This document shows, one piece after another, positions 28,952 through 38,794 of a stretch of 64,000 nucleotides of DNA (within the stretch, counting starts at the first letter, position 1; each line of letters starts with the position of its first letter). Source of the stretch: Candidatus Bathyarchaeota archaeon (GTDB taxonomy: Archaea > Thermoproteota > Bathyarchaeia > Bathyarchaeales > Bathycorpusculaceae); contig CAVTBV010000002.1 in NCBI GenBank assembly GCA_963733095.1, positions 32,001 to 96,000 on the forward strand, given 5' to 3'. A model generated the notes under the pieces. It saw only the letters and a list, made by a program, of their open reading frames with translations. It searched no databases and was not told where the DNA came from. A program made the translations under genes and the position numbers.

Positions 28952-29080
28952 GTGTATGTGTGTATGCGAATCTGTATTTGTATTAAGCTCTCGGACAGAT
29001 TGTCTTAAGGAAATCTTCTCTAGAGTTATGATATTCCGTTTCTTGAGTGTGCATGTGTGTTAGTGAGTGTGTAGTAGTGT

Positions 29081-30304
29081 ATGAGTGTATGGAGTGAAAA
29101 GAAGAAAGAAGAAACAAAGAACAATCACATACACTCACTCATACATATACACACTAACGCCCTTCAATGCCCCAAATGTTGCAGCACAAGAGTTTTCCAT
29201 GATGGTTTTAGACCCGCACCTTTAAACGCGGTTTCAAATGAGCCTATTCAACGCTACCGATGTGCAGATTATGGTCACCGCTGGAGTGAACACATTGTTT
29301 TAAATACTGTCAAAGACCATAAGGGAACCGACCAAATAAGCGCAAACATAGGTGCGAAAAATTTGGTATCTACACAGAAAATAAAAATCTGTGCGGAGAA
29401 GGAAAGAACACCAACTGAGAACGAGATAAAAGCTGTTCCGCAAATTGAGAAGCTGATTGATTCCTTAGAAGCCGATGGAAGAAAACAGGTAACTATAACC
29501 AATTATCGCAAGGCACTAAAACGGATGCTAAAGTCCGGTGCTGACCTATACGATCCAGAAAACACAAAAGCAGTCTTAGCAAAGTTGCCGTTAAAAGGTA
29601 CAAGCAAAAAGAGTATGACTGGCATTCTTTCAATATGGTTTGAATTTAATGGTATTAGCTGGAAACCGCCAACCTATACAGACACAGCAGAAACCCCATA
29701 TATCCCCGCAGAAGCAGAGATCGATCAACTCATAGCAGCATTAGGAAAAAAGACATCTACTTTTTGCCAAATTCTAAAAGACACTGGTGCAAGATGTGGC
29801 GAAATAACAAGGCTAAAATGGACTGACATAGACTTTGGGCAACGCAACGTAAGGATCAAAGCAGAAAAAGGCTCTAACTCAAGGACTCTGATATTATCAG
29901 TTAAAACCATAGAGATGCTTTGTAACTTGCCGAGAAAAGACGTTAGAATTTTTGCAGGAGATATGCATACAAACTTTTCATTGCAGCGTAACCGTATAGC
30001 TCAGAAATTAGCAAATCCGCAAATTAGACTAATCCACTTTCACACCTTCAGGCATTGGAAAGCTACGACACTGCAACATTCAACACACGATCCATGGCAC
30101 GTTAAAATGATTCTGGGACACAAAAGCATACAATCAACAGAAAATTATATCCACTTGGAAAAAATGCTGTATCAAAGCGAAGCTAACGATCAGTTTATCA
30201 TTAAAGTTGCAGACACATTGGACGAGGCTATAAAACTTGGCGAAGTAGGTTTTGAGCCTTACCTTAGAATAGAAGGGCATCAGCTTTTTAGGAAGCGAAA
30301 ATAG
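29081..30304 (+). CDS. Tyrosine integrase with N-terminal Zn-ribbon
   Basis: CPKC...QRYRCADYG Zn ribbon; DTGARCGE, AEKGS, FHTFRH, ILGHK, TENY; C-terminal GFE...FRKRK. Confidence 0.92.
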   Translation: MSVWSEKKKEETKNNHIHSLIHIHTNALQCPKCCSTRVFHDGFRPAPLNAVSNEPIQRYRCADYGHRWSEHIVLNTVKDHKGTDQISANIGAKNLVSTQKIKICAEKERTPTENEIKAVPQIEKLIDSLEADGRKQVTITNYRKALKRMLKSGADLYDPENTKAVLAKLPLKGTSKKSMTGILSIWFEFNGISWKPPTYTDTAETPYIPAEAEIDQLIAALGKKTSTFCQILKDTGARCGEITRLKWTDIDFGQRNVRIKAEKGSNSRTLILSVKTIEMLCNLPRKDVRIFAGDMHTNFSLQRNRIAQKLANPQIRLIHFHTFRHWKATTLQHSTHDPWHVKMILGHKSIQSTENYIHLEKMLYQSEANDQFIIKVADTLDEAIKLGEVGFEPYLRIEGHQLFRKRK

Positions 30305-30406
30305 ATAATGCGGACAGTTGTAGTTTTTTATAAAAAAGAACTGTTTTATATAGGTATTAGCAAATTAATGTTGATAATTTAGTTCGTATTGTTGGATTGT
30401 GTCTAA

Positions 30407-31753
30407 ATGAGGAAGACCATCTTCAAAAAGCTCGAAGCGCAGGGACTGATTGCCAATTATAACCGTTTACGAAAGAATCTGCCGCCTAAGCTTCCCGACA
30501 AGGTGTTTATCTGGGATGAAACTTTTAGGGAAGGCATCAAGGCGCCGACGGTTTACTTAACGTATGTTGAGCAGGTTAGGCTTGCCAAGTTGATGGATGA
30601 AGCAGGCGTTGCCATAATTAACGTGGGTTTCCCCGCTTTATCGGAAGAAGAAAAACGTACAGTCAAGCGTATCGTTAACGAAACATTCACTTACTCTAAG
30701 CTTACCGCTTCAGCTGAAGCTACAAAGAACAGTGTTAACGCCTGTTTAGAATGCGGCATAAAGGACATAACTATCGAGTCGCCAATCAACGGATTAAACC
30801 TGCAATACAAGCTGAAACTTACCAAAGAGCAGGCGCTGCAGAGAATCGTTGAAAGCATCGAACACGCCAAAAAACACGGAACAAATGTGAACTTTATCCT
30901 CATGGATGCAACCCGCACCACCATTGAAGATATACTGCAGGTTTTTGAAGCAGCCGCTACCGCGGGTGCAACCAGATTGGGTGTGGCTGATAGCGTTGGT
31001 TTCATAAGGCCCCTCTCAATGCGTTATCTTATGTCACATATCCGTGATGGGTTGCCAGACGTTATAAGAAAGAAAGCCTCGCTTTCCATTCATTGCCACA
31101 ACGACTTCGGCTTAGCCTCAGCAAACACTTTAGCCGCCATGGAAGAAGGCGTACCTTACCTGCACACATGCATCGCGGGCTTTGGCGAACGCGCAGGTAT
31201 CGCACCATTCGAAGAAGTTGTCACCTCAGCCGAACTCCTCTACAACATCGACACAGGAATAGACCTTGGAAAAATCTATCGCCTTGCCCAATCCGCCGAA
31301 AAAGCATTCGCCCTGCCAATACAATTCCATAAACCCATAATCGGTGAAAACATCTTCACCCACGAAGTCGAAAATGAAGTCGAAGAAATGATGTCTCAAC
31401 CCCTCGTATTCGAACCGTTCCCTCCAGAAATCGTGGGCAGAGAAACCATGATATTCATCGGCAGAAACACTGGACAAACCCTAATCCAGAAACTCCTCGA
31501 AAATGCGGGTGTTCGCGCTTCCCCAAGACAAATGGACGAGCTCTTCCGACGCATCAAAGGACCCCAAGAAAGCCTCGACAAAGGCGAAGCTCAAATGACC
31601 TATTACCAAGTCAAAAAACTCATGAAAGAACTGCTCAAAGGCTACACGATGGATGAATTCTGGCGGCTAGTAGAGCTGGTAACAAGGCAAAAACCCAAAC
31701 TGCCACGAAACAACAAAAAGCCTGGGCAAACAGCTGACCAACTGTTATCTTAG
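30407..31753 (+). CDS. Homocitrate/isopropylmalate synthase-like DRE-TIM protein
   Basis: DETFREG, ADSVG, HCHNDFGLASAN, GFGERAG, HKPIIGENIFTHE. Confidence 0.82.
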   Translation: MRKTIFKKLEAQGLIANYNRLRKNLPPKLPDKVFIWDETFREGIKAPTVYLTYVEQVRLAKLMDEAGVAIINVGFPALSEEEKRTVKRIVNETFTYSKLTASAEATKNSVNACLECGIKDITIESPINGLNLQYKLKLTKEQALQRIVESIEHAKKHGTNVNFILMDATRTTIEDILQVFEAAATAGATRLGVADSVGFIRPLSMRYLMSHIRDGLPDVIRKKASLSIHCHNDFGLASANTLAAMEEGVPYLHTCIAGFGERAGIAPFEEVVTSAELLYNIDTGIDLGKIYRLAQSAEKAFALPIQFHKPIIGENIFTHEVENEVEEMMSQPLVFEPFPPEIVGRETMIFIGRNTGQTLIQKLLENAGVRASPRQMDELFRRIKGPQESLDKGEAQMTYYQVKKLMKELLKGYTMDEFWRLVELVTRQKPKLPRNNKKPGQTADQLLS

Positions 31754-32773
31754 TTGTTTTTTTATTTTTTCTATTTCTTCACGGCTTGGTTTCTTTGGGT
31801 AATTGTATAGGGGTCCGCTTGGTTTTTCGTTGTAGAAGGGGCGGTTGCAGTCGGGGCAGCCTGAAGTTTGGAAAGGCAAGCCACTTTCAACCTCGGCATT
31901 TAACGCTTCGTTTGTGAGTCCGTAGCCTGCGATTTTGCCTTCGCCGTCAAACCGCATGTCTGCATGTTTTGTCTTGCCATTAACTATTAAGTATCGTGCA
32001 AGTTGAACCCGTCTGTAGGATTCAAGATTTGGTGGCGATTTAGCTTCCAAAGCTGTTCCGCGGATGGGTGTGAAAGCGAAAAGTGCAGGCAAAACCCCCA
32101 TATCAACGCACTTCTGAACCACATCAACCGTCTGCTTCTCTGTTTCGCCTAGCCCAACAATTACATGGGTGCTCACGTTTCCCTCGCCAAAAACATCCAA
32201 TGCCTGGCTTAGCTGACGGAATTGGTTTTGCCAAGTGTAGGCTACGCCTGCATCTTTGCCCTTGACCTTATTGAATATCTCTTCTGTTGCGGCGTCCAAA
32301 GCGATACCTATCCTGTCTACACCGGCGTTTGATAGGCGGACAATATTTTCTCTGTTAAGGGGTTGGCACGAAACCGAAACTGTGACTGTTGAGCGCTTTT
32401 TTATCTCTTTCACAACCGTTTCGAGTTGGATGAAGACTTCTGGGTAGTTTAGGGCTTGGATGCAGACACGCTTGATTTTGCCCTTTTTCACCGATTTAGC
32501 CAATGCAGTTAGAAGCTGCAGAGTTTGGAAAGTTGGCCAAGAAACCCGAGAGAGAAGGTCGGTGTTGCTTTTGCTAGCGCGTGCTTGAGGACAGAAACCA
32601 CAGTTTGCCGTGCACTTGCCTGTTCTGTACGTCATCAAGTAAGCTGTTGTCGGTTCAGCATCCAGTTTGCCTTCTAAGAGCCCGAGAACAATGGCGGTGC
32701 CTAAGGAAACGCGAATCTGCTCGGGCAAGCCCGAAGGATTTGAACATGTCTGTTTTTGCAATGAAGGCACCAC
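31745..32773 (-). CDS. lipS2: Radical SAM protein, archaeal lipoyl synthase subunit LipS2-like
   Basis: CTANCGFC; LSRVSWP; C-terminal TSGCPDCNRP matches the TxGCPxC(N/D)RP LipS2 motif. Confidence 0.72.
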   Translation of the reverse strand: MVPSLQKQTCSNPSGLPEQIRVSLGTAIVLGLLEGKLDAEPTTAYLMTYRTGKCTANCGFCPQARASKSNTDLLSRVSWPTFQTLQLLTALAKSVKKGKIKRVCIQALNYPEVFIQLETVVKEIKKRSTVTVSVSCQPLNRENIVRLSNAGVDRIGIALDAATEEIFNKVKGKDAGVAYTWQNQFRQLSQALDVFGEGNVSTHVIVGLGETEKQTVDVVQKCVDMGVLPALFAFTPIRGTALEAKSPPNLESYRRVQLARYLIVNGKTKHADMRFDGEGKIAGYGLTNEALNAEVESGLPFQTSGCPDCNRPFYNEKPSGPLYNYPKKPSREEIEKIKKQLR

Positions 32774-32801
32774 AATTGTTGAGAAATAGTCTATTTTGGG
32801 G

Positions 32802-33317
32802 CTATTTTAGTATAGTGTGATTTTTTCTAGTCAGGCATACTATACGGCTTGTTATTGAAATCAGAAAGAAACCCACAAATGCATACTGAACAAAAGTGAA
32901 CACTGCCAGAATGGGCCAAAGCAAAGTCAACACGATGGCTATGTAGAGGGCGCTTCCGAGATAGCGTCCTACTGGGTCGTAGAATTTTTTGGCATATAAG
33001 CTTGTGATTAAGAACTGAATGAATGCAGCCACGATGAGTAGCAGCAGCCAAAGCGGATAGTTTCCGACAGAGTAAAAAATTATGAAAATTCCAATCATGA
33101 GGATGAAGTCAGTTGTGGCATCGAAGTATCCGCCAAACCTTGTGGTTGCTCTAAATTTTCTGGCGAGGTAGCCGTCGAAGAAGTCTGTGGCTGCACAAAA
33201 AGTAAGCAAACCCAAACATGCGGCTTCGTTTCCCAAGTTGTAGAGGTAAAAGAAAAGGGGTAAAGCTACGATTCGCAGAGAACTTATGAATGTGGGAAGG
33301 GCACTTTGTTTTTTCAT
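32802..33317 (-). CDS. CDP-alcohol phosphatidyltransferase
   Basis: TDFFDGYLAR...G...DATTD signature. Confidence 0.85.
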   Translation of the reverse strand: MKKQSALPTFISSLRIVALPLFFYLYNLGNEAACLGLLTFCAATDFFDGYLARKFRATTRFGGYFDATTDFILMIGIFIIFYSVGNYPLWLLLLIVAAFIQFLITSLYAKKFYDPVGRYLGSALYIAIVLTLLWPILAVFTFVQYAFVGFFLISITSRIVCLTRKNHTILK

Positions 33318-33423
33318 GGTTGCACTTTATCAGGTTTTCTTTTTCTGACTCTTCTTTCCCATGAGACTATGGTTGCATTGCACGCAGTTAGGATATTTAA
33401 AATAGCCCTTGTTAACCACTTGC

Positions 33424-34812
33424 TTACCGCATACACTCAAACGCAAAATCAGTCAAGCGCTCAAAAGGCCAACCCAACACTCCATAAACTGTCTTCCCCA
33501 AGTATTTTCGCCCATGAAATTGCACCTGCGCCTTCCCAATCGCAAACTTTAATTTTCCCTCACTAAAACCCGACGCATACAGCAGCTTGTGACGGATTAA
33601 GCGGTAGTTTTTGGGTTCCTCCCAATCCTCAATCGAAACGCCATGGTCCTTTACTCGTTCGTAGAGTGGGGTTCCTGGAATTGGGTAAGGCAGGGTGAAG
33701 GATAAATAGTCAAGCGGCAAATGCGACGCAAAACGTAGAGTATCGAGGACTGTTTTGTTGTTCTCGCCGGGATATCCGACTATGAAGAAGGCACCGACAT
33801 TTAGTCCCGCCGCTTTAGCTGCGTTGACGGCTCGTTGAGCTTGCGCGGTCGTGATTTTTTTCTTCATTAGACCCAAGATTGAATCGTTGCCCGATTCGAT
33901 TCCGAAGAAAACCCCGATGCAACATGCGCGTTTCATGCCCTCCGCAACTTCAGTATCCATCGTGTCAACACGCGACAAGCACTCCCAACCAATATCCAAA
34001 CGGCGCCGGACAATTTCATTGCACACATCCAAAACGTGATTGCGGTTCAATGTAAAGCAGTCATCTGCAAACCAAACACGGTCATATCCTAACGCCGCAA
34101 TTTGCTCCACTTCATCAACTATGTTGGTGACAGAACGGGTTCGCATGTCGGCGCCGAAGATGGGTCTGCTGCAGAAATCGCAGGAGAAGGGACACCCGCG
34201 CGAAGTAATCATTGATGTGATTGAGTAGCCAAAGCGGTCGCGGTAGTACTTTTGGTAGGCTTTATTATCAAACAGGTCGCGGGTTGGAAAATCTAAGTTG
34301 TTGAGGTTTTCGATAAATTGTCTGGGAGCATTTTTGATAGTGCGTTCGCCATCTTTGAAGACCAAGCCCTTGACGCCCGACAAACCTTTGTGCTGATCAA
34401 CACAGTCCGCCATCTCTAACATGGTTTGTTCACCTTCGCCCACCGCAACCACATCAAAAACACCCAGAAAACCTTCAGGCTCCCAAGAGGGCAAAGGACC
34501 ACCAACCACAAACAAAGAATCCCTCAAACCCTCATCCCTAAGAACTTGAGCTAATTCTAAAGTAGTTTTTTTCATCGAAAACATCGAATAGAACCCTACA
34601 ATGTGCGGTTTGGCGTGTTTTACGCGTTCTACGGCTTCCCTGAACTGCATAAAGGTGCAGTCGACTAACTCAACTTCAGTACCTTGTTTTTTTAGCGCGG
34701 CAGCTATATATCCTAATCCTAAGGGTGGAAAACGAAAAATAGAATTATCGTTTCCCGGATGAAAATAAGGATAAACTAAAGCAACTTTAACGGTCATTTG
34801 TTTTTTAGCCAC
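33424..34812 (-). CDS. Cobalamin-binding radical SAM protein
   Basis: PPLGLGYIAA, VGGP, GEGE, TSRGCPFSCDFC, FFGIESG, PIPGTPLY. Confidence 0.88.
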   Translation of the reverse strand: MAKKQMTVKVALVYPYFHPGNDNSIFRFPPLGLGYIAAALKKQGTEVELVDCTFMQFREAVERVKHAKPHIVGFYSMFSMKKTTLELAQVLRDEGLRDSLFVVGGPLPSWEPEGFLGVFDVVAVGEGEQTMLEMADCVDQHKGLSGVKGLVFKDGERTIKNAPRQFIENLNNLDFPTRDLFDNKAYQKYYRDRFGYSITSMITSRGCPFSCDFCSRPIFGADMRTRSVTNIVDEVEQIAALGYDRVWFADDCFTLNRNHVLDVCNEIVRRRLDIGWECLSRVDTMDTEVAEGMKRACCIGVFFGIESGNDSILGLMKKKITTAQAQRAVNAAKAAGLNVGAFFIVGYPGENNKTVLDTLRFASHLPLDYLSFTLPYPIPGTPLYERVKDHGVSIEDWEEPKNYRLIRHKLLYASGFSEGKLKFAIGKAQVQFHGRKYLGKTVYGVLGWPFERLTDFAFECMR

Positions 34813-35022
34813 CGAAAAACATCGGGTATTCCAAAGGGGTCCTTAAAACTTGTCTTATTGAATAATCGTTTGTTTGCTTAAAAACCTTCTACAACTTGTC
34901 AACTGAGAGAATATTTTATTTTGCTAGAAGGTTTGTTTGGCAAAACTTTATTATTCGACTGTGAAAATTTACATTCGGTTGAAAAAAGGTGTTCATGACC
35001 TTCTAACGTACCTTGGGTTGGT

Positions 35023-35676
35023 TTGATGGTTGACTTAACCGATTTGGGTTTCTTGAAAGGTAAAATTTTTGAGGTCATAGTCTCAACCTACAACATGGAT
35101 TGGACTCCAAACGCAGCACCCATGGGCACCACAATGCAAAACCCCCAAACCATCAGCCTAAACATCTTCAATTCCTCACAAACAAGCCGCAACCTGAAAA
35201 CAAACAAATGCGGCATCATCAACTTGACAAATAATATAGAATTTTTCTATAAAGCCGCCTTCAAAGAAGCAAACCCTGATATGAAGCCACCGCAAGACTG
35301 GTTCGAGGAGGCAGAAACGGTAAACGCACCAAAACTAAGGTTGGCAGATGCAACCCTCGAAGTTACAGTAGCCGAATTAGAGCCGATTGGGACAGAGAAA
35401 ACCCGATTCTCCTGCAACGTCGAGCAAATAAATGCACGCAAGATGCTTCCGCAGGTTTACTGCCGTGCCATGCCTGCAGCCCTTGAAGCTATCCTCCACG
35501 CAACCCGATTAAAAGTCTTCGCCAAACAAGAAAAGAAGATGCAACAGGTCAGCCAGCTTTTAGGATTGATTGAAAACTGCAACGAAGTAGTAAACCGCAC
35601 GGCTCCAGATTCTGTATACTCTGCGGTTATGGCTGATTTAAGGAAAAGAACCGATTCGTGGAGCAACAGGCTTTGA
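35023..35676 (+). CDS. DUF447 family protein
   Basis: EVIVST...PNAAPMG...ALEAILHATR; adjacent to DHPS-like gene. Confidence 0.8.
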   Translation: MMVDLTDLGFLKGKIFEVIVSTYNMDWTPNAAPMGTTMQNPQTISLNIFNSSQTSRNLKTNKCGIINLTNNIEFFYKAAFKEANPDMKPPQDWFEEAETVNAPKLRLADATLEVTVAELEPIGTEKTRFSCNVEQINARKMLPQVYCRAMPAALEAILHATRLKVFAKQEKKMQQVSQLLGLIENCNEVVNRTAPDSVYSAVMADLRKRTDSWSNRL

Positions 35677-37235
35677 AAGTACTCTTGGTTACAGGCACGC
35701 TTGCAGAGGACACCGTTAAAGGTTACGCCAAAGAAAGTATCGTCGAAACAGAAACGTTGGCGCTCAAGATGGCCGTAGCCGCCCTTTTAACTCCACAAAA
35801 CATCACAAACGCCCTCAAAAGCGCAAAATTATCTGATTTTAACATGATTTTAATTCCTGGTTTAGTTAGGGGTGATGCCACTGTAATCTCAAAAGCGGTT
35901 GGTGTTCCAGCTTTTAAGGGTCCAAGGTATGCGGCTGACTTGCCGACTGTTCTAGATTCACTTTGCGAAATTCAACTTTCACCCCTTGTGCCAGCTGACG
36001 ATTTGTTGAGGGAAAAACTCCAGCAAAAAGCATTGGCGGAAATCAAGAAAGTAGAACAAAAACGTGAGGAACTCATCAAGAAACCTGGCAACATGGTGAT
36101 TGGAACTCTGGCAGTTGGCAAAGACTTTCCTATGAGGGTACTTGCGGAAATTGTCGATGCAGCAACGATGGATAAAGAAGCAATCCAGCAAACCGCAAAA
36201 CGCTTTGTCGCTGCAGGCGCAGACATCATCGACGTCGGCATGGTTGCAGGCGAATCTCAACCTGAAAAAGCCAAGCGTATGGTTAAGTGGGTTAAACAGG
36301 TTGTAGCCGTGCCTGTGAGCATAGATACGCTTGACCCAGCCGAAATAAAAGCAGCCGTAGAGGCAGGAGCAGACCTCGTTTTAAGCGGCGATTCAGGAAA
36401 CATTGAAGAAATAGCACCTTTCGTTTCCAAAGTAACAGTGGTCGTTATACCCACTAACCAGCAGCAAGGTTACTTCCCAAAAAAAGCTCAAAAACGTGTC
36501 ACATACCTTGAAGAAACAATAGAAAAAGCAAAAAAGTTGGGCGTGGCAAGGTGTATTGCGGATCTAATTCTTGATCCATGTGACGTTCTGGAATCTTTTG
36601 TTGCTTTCAAGGAGTTTGCGGCAAGAAATCCCGCGGTACCGCTCTTTGTAGGCGTTTCCAACGTCACTGAACTCATTGATGCAGACTCGGTGGGCGTTAA
36701 TGCTGTTCTTGCCAAATTATCCTCGGAGGCGGGTGCATGTATGCTTTTGGCTACTGAGAAAAGCGACAAAGCAAAGGGCACGGTCGCTGAAGAGGTTGCA
36801 GCCTCCAAAATGATGTTTCTTGCCAAGAAACGTGGGTCAGTTCCAAAAGACCTCGGAATAGACCTTCTTGTCCTGAAGGATAAGCGCAATCGCGAAGAGC
36901 CATACGAAAAAACTTTGGAGCAGAAAACCCGTGTTTTGCAGGCTGGGGGCAAAGAGAAGTATGCTGAATTGGATAAGGCAGGGTCTTTTAGGCTTTTTAT
37001 CGACCGCCAAGAACAAAATCTTGTGGCTGAACATTTCGCCTTAACGGATGCTGCGACTCCGACAATGATTGTTAAGGGCAAAACAGCGGAGCAGGTTTAC
37101 AGTCAGATTGTTGAGCGTGGTTTACTTTCAAAGCTTGACCATGCGGCTTACTTGGGCAGTGAGTTGGCGAAAGCCGAAATCGCCTTGCGAACAGGAAAAG
37201 AATACGTCCAAGATAAGAGTATGTTTAAGGAATAA
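35658..37235 (+). CDS. Archaeal dihydropteroate synthase-like protein with C-terminal DUF4346-like domain
   Basis: LLVTGTLA, KGP..AADLP, AEIVDA, GADIIDVG, VSIDT, NVTELIDADSVG, HAAYLGSELAKAE. Confidence 0.85.
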   Translation: MEQQALKVLLVTGTLAEDTVKGYAKESIVETETLALKMAVAALLTPQNITNALKSAKLSDFNMILIPGLVRGDATVISKAVGVPAFKGPRYAADLPTVLDSLCEIQLSPLVPADDLLREKLQQKALAEIKKVEQKREELIKKPGNMVIGTLAVGKDFPMRVLAEIVDAATMDKEAIQQTAKRFVAAGADIIDVGMVAGESQPEKAKRMVKWVKQVVAVPVSIDTLDPAEIKAAVEAGADLVLSGDSGNIEEIAPFVSKVTVVVIPTNQQQGYFPKKAQKRVTYLEETIEKAKKLGVARCIADLILDPCDVLESFVAFKEFAARNPAVPLFVGVSNVTELIDADSVGVNAVLAKLSSEAGACMLLATEKSDKAKGTVAEEVAASKMMFLAKKRGSVPKDLGIDLLVLKDKRNREEPYEKTLEQKTRVLQAGGKEKYAELDKAGSFRLFIDRQEQNLVAEHFALTDAATPTMIVKGKTAEQVYSQIVERGLLSKLDHAAYLGSELAKAEIALRTGKEYVQDKSMFKE

Positions 37236-37289
37236 TCAACATCCAAGTCGTCTAAAAGCTATTAAACAATTAAAGGTAAATGCCAAGTT

Positions 37290-37608
37290 ATGTCTCGGTT
37301 ATCAAAATGGCTTGGAATAATAGTCGCTTTGAATACTGTTTTGATTTTGTTTTTTGTTTTTAACTGAATATGGAATCGGGTATGAATTGAATCGTTATCC
37401 TGGCGATTTACATTATATTTGTTGGAGTCCTTTTTTGATTCAAGATTCGCATGCTGTTATTTTTTTAAATGGTAATTGGGTGGGCGTAGGCGCCGACGTT
37501 TTAATGTTAAACCTTCCTTTCTGGTTATTCTTTGCATCAACTGCACTGAACTTGTTCTTTATCATAAAACTCTTAAGAGATAAAGAAAAACAGAAGCCTA
37601 AAAAATAG
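37290..37608 (+). pseudogene. Small membrane protein split by a +1 frameshift (or sequencing indel)
   Basis: MSRLSKWLGIIVALNTVLILF from 37290 joins ORF 37354-37608 across a T-run near 37350. Confidence 0.5.
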
Positions 37609-37640
37609 GCTTAGATTAAGCCGCAAAAGGCGAAGCGTTG

Positions 37641-38792
37641 TTATAGTTTTTTGAACTGGCTCAATCCTTCAGTGACCTTCTCTCCAAGGTAAAGGTTGCT
37701 AAAGACTGTTCCCTCACTTTCTCCGAGTCGCATAGCGTCTATGAGTTGTTTGTATTTGCCTCCAGCTAAACCATTAGCGAACACCGCGGCGCCCTCCGCT
37801 GCCTGCTTAGTTACAGCTGCTTTGCTCTCAAGAACAATAATATCCACTTTCAAACCCATTTCAGAAAAGAAACCTGAAAGCGCACCCTTCATTGCTGCCA
37901 AAAACTCAGGTATCCGCGTGAATCTTCCGCTGAGCACTATTTCCTTTGGTTTAACATTTGGCAACAGTGAGCCTACATCTTTGACTATGGCTTCCAGCAT
38001 CATGTCGTAGCCTTGTTTGGCTTGCTGTTCGGTTTTTGCCTCTTTGAGAAATTCCTCCAAAGGCTTAGAGGCATCGATTCCTGCAAAAGATGCTACTCCA
38101 CCAGCGAAGAGAAGTTGCTTGGAAAAATCGTCGGTGGCGTTGGCTACGGCGTAAGCTACTTCTGAATCCCAAAAGCCGCTGCCAAGAAACGACGGAAACC
38201 CGGCAGTACCAGCCATGGCATCGATTATTTGTCCGTTTTTAACGGCGATTGCTGAGGTGTATCCGAATCCGACTTCAACAAGAATCAAAGAAGTTTTATC
38301 ATAAGGAATTTTTAACCTTTCAGCTTGATCCTTCACTGCCAAAACAACACTTAAAACCTTGTCCGAGGTTCCCATATCAATTCTATTCGCTTTTCGATAT
38401 TTCGGCACGGTCTTTAGGTGGATGACTCCCTGAGTAAAATGCGTGTTCAAATCATCCGCGTTTCGGAGCAGTTGCATGAGTTCTCTTAGCCCGATGATTC
38501 TTAGTCGTCTTTTAATGTCAGCAACTGTAACAAAGGTTGCCGACGCAATATCCTCATCGGATGCATCCTTGGCTTTTTTGAGGTGCATTCCATAACCCGA
38601 CGGTCCCACGATGGCGTCGATTTTTCCAAATTGTTCTTGGGCTTCCCGAATTTTTTCAACCACGAGTCTAGCGCTTTTAGTTATCTCGTCTCTAGGAATA
38701 GCCACGTCAATTATGATGCTTCCGTCTTTGTCGTCGAAGCCAAAAATATCCATAGTTTTTGTTCCAGAGTCAATCCCTATGGATTTAACCAA
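37641..38792 (-). CDS. DUF1464 family (ASKHA/butyrate kinase-like) protein
   Basis: GIDSGT, GPSGYG, VIHL.TVP.YRK.NRIDMGT.DK, EVGFGYT, KQAAEGAA. Confidence 0.82.
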   Translation of the reverse strand: MVKSIGIDSGTKTMDIFGFDDKDGSIIIDVAIPRDEITKSARLVVEKIREAQEQFGKIDAIVGPSGYGMHLKKAKDASDEDIASATFVTVADIKRRLRIIGLRELMQLLRNADDLNTHFTQGVIHLKTVPKYRKANRIDMGTSDKVLSVVLAVKDQAERLKIPYDKTSLILVEVGFGYTSAIAVKNGQIIDAMAGTAGFPSFLGSGFWDSEVAYAVANATDDFSKQLLFAGGVASFAGIDASKPLEEFLKEAKTEQQAKQGYDMMLEAIVKDVGSLLPNVKPKEIVLSGRFTRIPEFLAAMKGALSGFFSEMGLKVDIIVLESKAAVTKQAAEGAAVFANGLAGGKYKQLIDAMRLGESEGTVFSNLYLGEKVTEGLSQFKKL

Positions 38793-38794
38793 GA

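Larger units (their letters stand above)
21030..30304. mobile_element. Integrated, partly decayed provirus/plasmid-like island (boundaries approximate)
   Basis: Terminal integrase, RHH and wHTH switch, HNH-like and small basic ORFs, HEPN-motif gene, AT-rich cargo. Confidence 0.6.

Noticed and set aside
21201-30353. 11-bp direct repeat GTTTTATATAG (21201, 30343) as att sites of island 2
   Set aside because: Short and AT-rich; both copies are positioned like TATA boxes of downstream genes.
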